Source: Octopus vulgaris
Taxonomy: Eukaryota
DNA length: 64,000 nt
Direction: 5' to 3'
NCBI GenBank assembly: GCA_951406725.2
Contig: OX597837.1
Span: 17,422,001-17,486,000, forward strand
How positions within the stretch are numbered: position 1 is the first letter of the stretch; each line of letters opens with the position of its first letter. A program made the position numbers and the translations under genes. This document shows, piece by piece, positions 52,924 through 64,000 of the stretch. Below the pieces are notes generated by a model, which was given only the letters and a program-made list of their open reading frames with translations, was not told the DNA's origin and searched no databases.

Positions 52924-53639
52924 TTTCTAGCTATTTGTTTTTATCTGATTCTTCTGATATCAATCCTTACTTTTACCCAAACGACGTTGCTGATAATCGA
53001 TCCTACATAATGCTTTATTTTCGTTAACTTCTACTATTTCTGTTCTCTTGGATACAGTTTTAGTAAAAAGTATCGCTCATATATATCGTTGTCGGCTCGT
53101 CCCTAGAATCCGAGGAATTGATTTCTCCTCCTGGATAAATATTTGGATCATTAATGCCGCTGGTGAATGTAGCTAATGAGGCCAATCCTCGCATAGAACA
53201 CACGATTGCATTGGCCACATGTGAATGTCGGAGTCGGTCATGGTCGTTGCAGTCCGGCCTTCCGTTACCGTTATCTCACCTCTTCTCTTATTCTTTCCCT
53301 TTCAAACAATATTGTTTATGTTTTGTCGGTAGTCGGAACGATTGGTTTCGATCGTCTCAAAAGCCTGGGGGTCGAAGTTGGCCTGCTTCCAAGTTGAATT
53401 TGGCTGATCTTTGGAACATCGAAGAGAGGCTCCTCTTTGTCTTTACTCGGTTGCCAGTTTACTGAAGAGAGTTTGGTGATATGGCTATGCCGTCGAAGAC
53501 GATATTTAATGATTAGGGATTCACGCTATTCGCTCTTTCCAACACGGAATTATTGTTTTCAAGAGAGCGCGGAGTTTCAGCTGAAAGCGTTCAAGTATTT
53601 TACTGTCACTACTATATAAAGTCCAAGTTTCACAACCGT

Positions 53640-53990
53640 AAAAGAGCGTGAATATGACAACAGCTTGGTAGACCATAATCTTCGTCTTCAAAGTTAGATC
53701 TTTGTTTTTGAAAGCACGTTTTGTTAGTTTACCGAAAGCTGAATAAGCCGATGCAATACTTCATTCCACACCTTGTTCAGAATTTCATTTGGTGGAAAGC
53801 ATACTTCCAAGGCATGCAAACTTGCTCGAAATAACGATGTGAAAATCTGGCAGGGCAGAATTCGGGGCTGGGTGGGCGAGGACTTAAGTTTTTTAGTATT
53901 AACAGTGAGCCCAAAACGTTGATATACATTGATGAAATTCTTGACAGCTTGTTGCACTTCTGCGCATGACTGAGCGTACCGGAGTTCTAA
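53640..53990 (-). mobile_element. RTE-clade LINE RT fragment
   Basis: MQQAVKNFINVYQRFGLTVNTKK, typical of the region after the RTE FADD motif. Confidence 0.65.
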
Positions 53991-54017
53991 AATTCGCTTA
54001 GTACTGAGATTCGCTCA

Positions 54018-54087
54018 TATGTATGTATTTATGTATGTATGTATGTATGTATGTATGTATGTATGTATGTATGTATGTATGTATGTA

Positions 54088-54120
<33 letters not shown>

Positions 54121-54169
54121 ATGTATGTGTGTGTGTATGTATGTATGTATGTATGTATGTATGTATGTA

Positions 54170-54200
<31 letters not shown>

Positions 54201-54295
54201 ATGTATGTATGTATGTATGTATGTATGTATGTATGTGTGTATGTATGCATGCATTCATGTATGTATATTATACTATATTATATTATATTATATAT
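54018..54295. repeat. (TATG)n/(TG)n then (ATATT)n microsatellite
   Basis: Directly visible. Confidence 0.95.
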
Positions 54296-55415
54296 TCTTT
54301 TTAACATAGTGGAAGTTTTACTATGAACAAGAGCAGAGCTATGCGCTTGGCAAATTAGTATTAGGCAATCACCTGGGGTGATAACATCAAGATGGTTGGG
54401 AACGCAAACAACTTACACAAAATTTCTTAGTCCAATTTTGGTCACCGGCGGTAGAATAAAGGATGCAGGATAAGAGCTTGTGGAAAAGAAGACGGGAGAT
54501 GTGTGATAAGTCATATTACGTCATAATTTTGGCTGGAAATATTTCAAATTTTGTCTTATCTTAATGATAATCATAAAACTATACATTTCTTCTTTATAAA
54601 TTAATTACAATTTTTCCACGGTATTTTCTAGCCTGTGTAATGAAGGTGATGGCTGGAGGGCGTTGTAGAAAGAAAATGTGGCTATCATTGTAGATTAAGG
54701 AGAAAGAGACGCACATTGTAAGGCTGTTTTAGAGCGGGGAATACCCTCGCATCCTCCATAGCTATTGATATGCTTCATGCTTTTTTCTTTTTTTGTTCTA
54801 CGTGAGATGGAGGTTAGTATCAGAATTGTAATTAACTTTTAGCTTCTAAATGTAAATATTGAAAATACCAAGGATAAACTAATGCATTCGGAGCACCGTT
54901 ATACCACACGCAAATGTATTTATAACCGAGTACCTGAGTGTGAACCTGAGTGTGTTCAGATAGTTCTAATCTTTCAAGCATAAAAGAGGGAAAAACACGT
55001 AAAAAAAAGTTCACAAAATTTTGCCGACAGAAAATACAAATTAATCGTGATAAAACCACTAGACAAATAAACCCATTCCACCCGACGTAGAAACTCGAAT
55101 GACAAAAGTCCACGCGTGAAGTCATTAAATCTTGGCCGGATGGCGGGGTGCTTGTAGAACAGCTCATAGTGTACGCTAACGTATATCGGACGTATTCTGT
55201 GCTGTTCAACCTGTTATGTATATCAGATTGTCGCAATGTAATATGTCATTCTTTTATTTCACACTAAGTCTATAAAGGAGAAATTTTTCTCTGAGACGAG
55301 AGACCCACAGCGAACATCTTTCATATGTTGTCGCTACTTTGTGTTTTTCTTTATTACTCGACAAATCCTCTGTACACAGCAGCAGATTTCTTTTCTCTTT
55401 GGCTGATTACATATA

Positions 55416-56222
55416 TAGTGAATCTTGCATGCATGAAGTAGATTCGATCCATTATAGCCAAATTTAAATTAACACTTCAACAGAGCTTTTCCCACGAAGG
55501 AACAATGGTTTTTCTCCAACAGCAGTTTTACATTTTCCAGATGCCTTTAGCTAGACTGAAATAATGTCTTCACCACTTGACCCTTTCTAACCTTTTCTAC
55601 TTCACCAAAAGCTTGAATAGAGATAACAAGACCACCATCTAAATCTATTGTTCTCAATGATATATCTATCCTTCTGGAGAGTTATATGAGCCAGCACATC
55701 CCAAGCAAAAATGAGTTCGGGTCAGTCGTGATGACTCAACGGAGTTAGTCACTTGCCGACAAGTGGACGAGGTAGCTCGTGACGACTCAATTAGTTAAGG
55801 AAAGGACTGCTATAATCATGACCACAAGGAGTACCTCTACTAAATTTAATGGTCAGCGAGAGAAATACAAATTACTGTCAGCAGCTGTAAGACAATGCCC
55901 TACAATTCTCTCTAGCTCTAATTCTGTCCCTTACAACATCATTCTATCTCTCTCTACTGTCCCTTACAACATCATTCTATCTCTCTAATAAACAATGAAG
56001 AGGACACAAATACAAACTTTAGTTCGCATGCTTTTGGATTCATCACAACCTGCCCGTCGAGGTATGGTGTTTTTCAACGTAACGGTAAATAAATACTTTC
56101 TTAAAACTTCATGCATTGTTCATTTTTCACATCTTACAGTATGCATTACCAACAACTTTTTATCGTTGCATCTGCTGACCACAACATATAATATTGTTTA
56201 CTAATCAATTTCTGCCGTTACA
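55416..56222 (+). repeat. Unclassified 810-bp repeat, copy 1
   Basis: Colinear with 59104-59940. Confidence 0.9.
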
Positions 56223-56562
56223 TATATAAGAACTAGAGTTCCGACTGGGCTATGAAAGAATGAAACAATTTCTGTCTCTAAGACCGAAAAATATGTTTGG
56301 CAGTCCTATAACGTCATTCAAATCTCGGTTCGATGTGTTTTTATACACAAAGTCTGAAAGGAGAAATTTCCCAGCGAGAACAGTGACCTGCAGCAAGCGC
56401 CTTCCACGTTCAAGTGTAAAGGAGCATGTTCCTGATTAGTATATATCACAGTGAATTATTACACATCATCTACTAAGGGTTTCATTTTAAAGAAGTATTT
56501 GAAAGAGAAGCCAGCTAGATGGAGCCCAACATTCTCCAGACTATTGACTACCATCAGAAACG

Positions 56563-56635
<73 letters not shown>

Positions 56636-56636
<1 letters not shown>

Positions 56637-57320
56637 AGGCGAAATGTGAGGCCCTAAGCATTGTTCTTAGTAGCACTATGATCCTCCCCTCAGCCCCGTT
56701 CCCTTCCCCGTTGCCGCTGCTGTTACCCTTGAACCCGACTTTTTGTACCGTTCTTGTCACTCTCTGTGTTTGTGTATTCGCCCACGCTGCTGACATCGTA
56801 CTAGATGTTGTTGTTGTTGTTCTCATTGTTGTTGGTTGTGTTGATATTGTTGCGACCGTCTGTGAAGTTACCGTATGTGCGTTCGTGTGTGTATATGAGT
56901 TCGCCTCCTAGGTTGTTTGTATCCGTGCCCTTTATAGCCTTTTTTTTTAATATCTCTAATTCTTTTATATTTATCATAGGTATGTGCATATATGTCTTTG
57001 TATGTGTATTACGCTGTTTGTAACTGTTATTTTTCTCTATTCAGTCTTTAGTCTTTAGTCGTCATGGTGTGATGGTGGGTGTTAATTCGTATTTTCTGTT
57101 GAGGCTCGGTCTGTCTATTGCTATATGTGTAGCCTCTGTGATTTGTCTAAGTGTCGTGTCAGTTCTATGTATTGATAATACTTTGACCTCTATGCTATTG
57201 ACTGAGCCTCTATGTTCTGCTTGAGCAAGTTGGTAGAGCACTGACGAGACTTTCTCTTCTTTGAGCTCTCGCCAGTGTTCACCTATACGCTCTCCTATGC
57301 TGCTGCGTACTGTCTCTACA
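56636..57320 (-). mobile_element. PLE GIY-YIG C-terminal fragment with 3' region
   Basis: SSIGERIGEHWREL..SSVLYQLAQAEH..VKVLS..RQITEATHIAIDRPSLNRKYE; ends at (TA)n. Confidence 0.75.
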
Positions 57321-57689
57321 GTGTAAGTAGTCATCTCCAATGTAAGTACTTGTCATGGTTCGACAACTACTTACATTGTAGAGAGAGCATGCAAAACGAT
57401 AAGCGTTAACTCGATAAGCCGATAACGTACACTGCTGTCGCTGACACTGTAAGACTGTCTGTAATGTGACAACGCCGTAGGTGAACAGAACTCAAAACTG
57501 CAGAATTACACAATGCTGCTCAGCTAGCTGCTGCTGCGTCGACTAATCACGTCTTGTCACGTGTACACATAGTCAGCCAATAGCGTACCTGACGGACTCT
57601 TCCGAGACACGCCCACAACAGACAAGAACAACGAATGAATTTTGTTAGTGGAACTAAATTTAGCAGAAGTTAATTGGTCCGATGAGGTA

Positions 57690-58045
57690 GGACCGCCTTT
57701 GGCAGTAATTACAGCTTGAATTCTACGAGATATGGACTCGTACAAAGTTTGAATTATTTCTAAAGGAATTTTCGTGCATTCTTCAGCTAACACAGTCTCC
57801 AGCTCTTGTAGTGGTGATGGTGGAGGATATCGACTCCTTACTTGTTTTTCTAAAATTCCCCATAAATGCTCAATAATATTGAGATCTGGGGACTGTGGTG
57901 GCCAGATAAGATGTTCAACTTCACTAGACTGTTCCTCGTGCCATTGAGTAACAACTTTAGCTGTGTGATTTGGTGCATTGTCATCCTGTAAGATTGCGTT
58001 TTCCTCCAGAAACAGTTCCGCAACCATAGGATGAATTTGATCAGA
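57690..58045 (-). mobile_element. Tc1-family (DD34E-type) transposase C-terminal fragment
   Basis: ILQDDNAPNHTAKVVTQW..LIWPPQSPDLNIIEHLWGIL..RRIQAVITAKGGPT. Confidence 0.9.
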
Positions 58046-59050
58046 TAAAATGCAGTGACCCGGCCTTCGTCTCGGTTTGTACTCTTCACAAATGTATGCA
58101 TAAGGCATCTATCGTAATGGCCATGTGTCAGGTCATAGTTAAAGGCTGCTCGTTCCTCACTCTTAGTGAGAAAAAGCCTAAATTCCAACCTGACTTGTTG
58201 TTCTGATGTTTCCTGTTCTCTGGAACGGGCAATTTTGGCTTCGTTCCTTTGAAGTTATTCTGTTAACATCTGTTCTCTTAAGCGGGCTTTTCTATCAGTG
58301 TCAGACTCCAACCTCCGTCGTTTCTGCTCTGGTGTTTCATGTTTCCTTAAACGGGCTTGTCTATCTGCTTTAGGGACCTTCACTGCGGGCTAGCTAACAA
58401 TCTGGCCTGCAGAGAAGGGACTAACGGTTAAGCGGGACAGCAGCCAGGGGATTTAAATGACCGATCGTACTCGTCCTCACATCGTAGCTGAGTGAAGCAA
58501 AATAAACAATAAACTGACATATTCTTGCTTCTGATTATTTTCATGTATAGCTTAATAAAGCTATAGTGTATATTACGATTATATGGGAATTTAATGTAAA
58601 AAAAACTGTGGGTGTGCACATATACATACGGACACACAACATATAACTATTTCCAAATTTCCAGATTTTCAAGTTTCATTTCGTAGATATATATGTTATG
58701 TGTGTCAGCATATACGTGGGTGCGCTCATCAATTTTTTTCCCCTTTAAATTCTGATACAATCGTAATCTATACTACCTGATAGGTATTTGTAGAAAATTT
58801 CATTAAAAAAATATCCATTTTTCTTAAAGTTATGGGGAAACAAATTCTGGAGTTAGAGACACAATTATGTGGGTATTCATATATATATATATTGGGTATG
58901 GTAGAAGAGTTCAACAAAAATTTAGATTCAGATGAATATGGTACTTAAGTTGAGGTGCCAGAATTTAGTACGGTATTATTCATACAATTTCAAAGTAAGG
59001 TGATTAAAGTCAAAATAAGCATTACCTCTGGATATCCTTGTTGCTTATTT

Positions 59051-59085
<35 letters not shown>

Positions 59086-59103
59086 TAGATAGATAGATAG
59101 ATG

Positions 59104-59935
59104 TAGTGGATCTTGCATGCATGAAGTGGATTCGATCCACCATAACCAAATTTAAATTAACACTGCAACAGAACTTTTCCCACGGTGGAACAATGGTTCT
59201 TTTCTGACAGCAGTTTTACATTTTCCAGTTGCCTTTAGCTAGGCTGAAATAATGGCTGCACCACTTGACCCTTTCTAACCTCTTCTACTTCACCAAAAGC
59301 TAGAATAGAGATAACAAGACCACCAACTAAATCTATTGTTTTCAATGATACATCTATCCTTCTGGAGAGTTATAAAAGCAAGAACGCATCAAGCAAAAGT
59401 TAGTCGGTGACGACTCAACGAGTCCAGTCATATGGTGACGACTCAACCAAGTAGTCACTTGGCGACAACTGAGCGAGGCGGCTTGTGACGACTCAATTAG
59501 TTGGGGAACGGACTATTAGAATCATGATCACAAGGAATGCAGCTACTAAAAACAATGGTCAGCGAGAGAAATGAAATTTACTGTCAGCAACTGTGCGACA
59601 ACGTCCCACAACTCTACAACTTTCACTAGCTCTAATTAATTTCTCATACAACATCAACTATCACTATCTTTGGATTACTACTAACAATTTGTGTATGCTA
59701 AACTATGCGAAAAAAAAAATTCTACCACATCTTTCTTTCGCATGCTCTCGGATGTTATAACCTGCCCGTCGAGGTATGGTATTTTTCAACGTAACGGTAA
59801 ATAAATACTTTCTTAAAACTTCATGCCTTGTTCATCGTTCACATCCTACGCTATGAAATTATAACAACAAATTTTTATTGTAACAACTGTTGACTCCGAC
59901 ATTTCATAATATTGTTTACAAATCAATTTCTCCGG

Positions 59936-59940
<5 letters not shown>
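59104..59940 (+). repeat. Unclassified 810-bp repeat, copy 2
   Basis: Colinear with 55416-56222; microsatellites at both ends. Confidence 0.9.
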
Positions 59941-59997
<57 letters not shown>

Positions 59998-62086
59998 TAC
60001 AAGCACACATACGCACACAAACACAGCCACAGATTCCGTGTTCTAAATTTCGCCCAATAAGCACTGGTCATCTAAAGGCTTCTGAGAAGCAAGATTGAGC
60101 CTAGTGCCAAGTGGTTACGAAGCAAAAATATTTTCTACACAGACATACAAGCACTTATATCATAGATTTTATTCAAGTGCATCATGTATAATAGTACAGG
60201 TAGAAGGAGGGTAAACGATATTGTTAAACAAAATTTTGACTGCCAAAGAATACTTTACTTGAAACAGGATTTTAACTAAGCTGTGTTTTCGATAATTAAA
60301 CGCCTAATTTGTAGGAAATACAAAATTAAAGCAAATATTTGGTTCATAATTTATTTACGTCAAGCTGCGGGTTTGGGTTTGTCTGAACCTGATGATCCCC
60401 GCCCTATCTGCATATGTACACTCCAACACAGAGTAAGTTTCCCGATCTTTTTACATGTGCGACCCAATTTGGCAAATCATTTATCCCTCGAAACCGTTTT
60501 TTATTATAATCTAATAGAGTGATACTTGGCATTTGATATTTTTCTTGGGGAAGTCAGCTTTTGTTTGCAATATATATTACGTTATAGTCCCACTTGTGCT
60601 TAAAGCTTGTTGTATATCATTAATGACTACAAGCACTTATAATATCGTAGGTTTTAAACAGTCATCTGAAAGCATCCTCTGTAGCTCGATGAATGCATTT
60701 CAAGCTTAAAGTATTTTGTCTTACTTTGCGCCTTAATTGAGAGTTTAAATTTTCAAATGAGGTTTGTCCCAAAGGGTTTGTTTCAATCTACTCTTGTTGA
60801 CCCGCTTGTGACCACCTTTGGTTCTCTGATACAAACTTTCGTTTTAGAGTGATTTCAATTAATACTTTCCATCATAATTTTGTGTTATGTTCCAAATACT
60901 GCTTAGTAATGGCAGTTATTTTACTAGTCTTCATTATTTTTTTAAAAATTATTGAATACACCGTATTTCAATAGAAATATCGTAACAAAAGAATTGTGTC
61001 ATTCACAATGTAATCAGTCAACTTTTCTCCACCACCCCACATACACTCCCACACCTTCAACTTTTCTGTCCTTTGGTAGCAGGTAGCAAGGCGTCTGTAC
61101 TTGTCTCAAAATATCAACAAGTAGGGCACTAAATCAACCTGTTGAATGTTTCTTAAACTATCGTCACCACTACTACCACCATCATCATGATCGTCATAGT
61201 CATCATTATTGTCGAGCGTTGCCAACACCAACACTACCATCATCACCCCATCATTGTTAACGCCATCACCATTGCCTTCATCATCATCATTATCATCACC
61301 ATCATCTCTCAGAAGCTCGCCATTGCACTTTCCTACAGATTAATAGTATTAGTTGTTGTTCAACGCCAGGTTAACCCTAACCCAAAAAATATTCCAGCTA
61401 TGGCCATCCCATCATTTATTTGACATAGTATATTCAAAATTATATTACACGAAGTGTCCTGCCTCTTTTAAAGTCAATACACTTTAAGAGAGATTGGGTT
61501 GCTATTTCTAGAAGGACAAGCGACCAAGTAGAAGCTCCCTCATCTGACGATAAAATTATTCGGTCCGATCCTCCTACGATCACCACCACTATAACAAGGA
61601 AAGAAAGAAAACTTGTATAACTACAAAGTGAATTTATGGTGTTATATGAAGATCATTAAATAGAATTCCTCGCAGTATTTGTTCCGACCTTCAGTGTACC
61701 GAGGTGAAATGCTACCGAAGACTTTATTTTTCATCTTTTGGGGCCGATAAAAAGCGTCTCGCCACATCAATGAATGGAGGTGAAGCAGTTAGAACGTCTG
61801 ACAACAACGCTTGCAACGATATTTTGTAACGGACTTGTTTTGTCGTTCTCTTGGACATCATCGGTTGACTGGAGATGAGAGACTTGAGACGTATATGGAA
61901 GAGCAACTGCTCTTTTATTCGGGCCAGCACATACAGATTAGGAACGTGACTAAAAAAAATCTGAAACTAGTTCAGATGTAATGAATGGATTCTAATTCAT
62001 GTACAAGGCCAACGATTATGAGGGGAGGGTTACTTTGTTTTATCGATCCCGAGAGGATGAACGGTATAGTTGATCCCAGTGGATCA

Positions 62087-62725
62087 TGTATACAAAGTGT
62101 ATGTGTGTGCATTAAGTACAGAGCATTGAAAGAGTCTATAATATGATGTTAAAAGAACGTTCAGACACAAGGATGATAAATACCAGTTCGTAGTCAATGT
62201 ACACGATAGTTGAAGTGCTGTAACAAGAAGTTGTGGCTGCAATGCAGAGCCAGTTGAGGCACGTGTCGTATGTGAAGCTGTGGCTACTATGCAGAGCCGG
62301 TTACTTGGTACAGAAGGTTCTCGCAGGTTGTGTTTGCTGTTAACTATGGTGAAGTATTTCACGAACAGTGTTGAGATAGAATCTGTTGTTGTTGACGACG
62401 TTAAGACGGAGGCGACTGAGATGTGGCTGCTGTTGTGTTGTCGCTGGAACAGGCTGTGTGCTCTGTGGTCAGTGGTTAGACCTCAAAAGGTCTAGAACCG
62501 AAAGACGAAAGATGGTGTAAAGCTAGCGTTTTATACTATGCTTTCGGCTCACCGGAAGTTTGGAAGAGACTGTCTCACGTGACCTTATCAGAAGGCTGCG
62601 ATTGGTTGGGTTGCATATTGGCACGCAATAGAGCAAGTGACAAACTGCACTAATACCAACCAATCAGTGCTGTGGACACAAAAGGGTCCAAAAGAGTGGC
62701 CGAAGGCTAGCTGTTATCTACTACA
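62087..62725 (-). mobile_element. Possible solo LTR
   Basis: tgta...taca ends, minus-strand tataaaa near 62530 and CCAAT boxes upstream of it; no TSD found. Confidence 0.3.
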
Positions 62726-64000
62726 TCCGTATTTGTGTATATATAACAGAAAGAGAGAGAGAGGAACTTCCCTAAGCGTACACTACAGATTATTTGCTCG
62801 TGGTTAGGCTATCTGCCGGATCAGAGTTGAACTGGAGTTAAACAACAAGCAGAAAGGACACATTGGATAATAAACCAGTGATATAAGACTACACTGTTGT
62901 GACAGAGGGCTGCTCAGTCTGTGTGCACAAGGAATCTCTAGCTGCACTGTATCATTTAAAAATAAAATTTAAGGCTTTAGAAAATTCATATTAACATTTG
63001 GGCATCTTGAAAAAACACTATTCATAATTTTGTTATATACAAATATGATTACCGTATTTTGCTGCATGAAAGACGCACCCTGATTTTGGAAATGTAATTC
63101 TGGCGGGAAAATGTTTATACATACCAAAGTCTCGAACATGCGATTGAGGAGTTCCCGGCGAGCACACGCTAAATGAGCGTTATCAAACAAAATTTGAAGG
63201 CTAACTAATGGAATGCTAATGCCCAGTGTTGAGCGAAGTCACCAGACAGTGGCCACCTACCTGGTGGTTTGTTGCTGGGTATTATTGTATAATATTATGC
63301 TCTAGAGTGACTTTTAAAGAGTGAGGAATAGGTAATGTGAATATCTCCTTTTAACTCTTGGCAAACATCATAATACTTGAGTAAGTGGGGTGGCGCTAGA
63401 ATGGAAGATAAAGGCAGAAAGGATAGAAGCGACTTGAGTGAGAGGGGTGAGAAAGCAGGATGGGAAAGTGTGAAGAGGGGGATTAAAAGAGAGAAAGAGG
63501 GGTGAAAAAGAAGAGTACAGAGGAGAGTTGAAGTGAATTAAACTCCGAGTACTGATAGCGTGTAATTTTATTGACTTCTTCCACTCTAACTGAAGCACAA
63601 ATGCTTCTCCACTTCACTCATGAGAGATAAAAGCCTCTTCACCACTTACTGACTTCCTTCACCCGCAATGGAGTAATAATGTCTTCCGATAAGAAATAAA
63701 ACAACCCTCTACCACTAACTGCTGTAAACTTACACATAACTCCAGCCAACATGTATCCTTCACCACCACCGCCACAACAACAACAACCAGCACTAACATA
63801 ACCTCTTTTATCTGATATTTCCTGTTGTGTAAGACAAGAAAGTGCAGACTCAATTTATTTCTCTTTCAAACACATCTGATATAAAACCCTACATTTTATT
63901 TATTTAAATATATTCCCCGTTGTTTCTTCATTTCTTTTACTTTTTTCCTGTTATCTTCTTCTGGTTCCTTATATTTGTTGCTAGCATTCATTTATTCATT

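Overview
AT-rich, repeat-saturated animal genomic DNA. The SINE families, (TA)n/(CA)n/(GATA)n density and retroelement spectrum look cephalopod (Octopus-like); this is an inference. No host protein-coding gene can be supported, and most ORFs in the track are microsatellite translations. The window holds decayed Penelope-like elements (PLEs; RT and GIY-YIG), one full-length but disrupted L1/Tx1-clade LINE (31907-37398, minus, 19-bp TSD), other LINE fragments (Tx1, RTE, RLE-type, CR1/Jockey-type), a Gypsy remnant, Tc1/mariner, hAT, piggyBac-like and Helitron-like pieces, and tRNA-derived SINEs. The main unexplained signal is about 15 minimal type I hammerhead-ribozyme (HHR) motifs (complete, core-variant or truncated), read by eye, mostly in short modules beside (TA)n tracts. 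The best case is a highly self-complementary 352-nt non-coding unit with a variant HHR (UUGACGA/GUAA core). It occurs as about 1.6 tandem copies plus an inverted copy, resembling a retrozyme/circular-RNA element. The Tx1 LINE inserted into it next to the ribozyme, so the LINE now lies between two co-oriented HHRs. In four separate modules the fold-back apex falls inside the HHR. All folds and similarities were judged by eye; no searches or folding programs were run.
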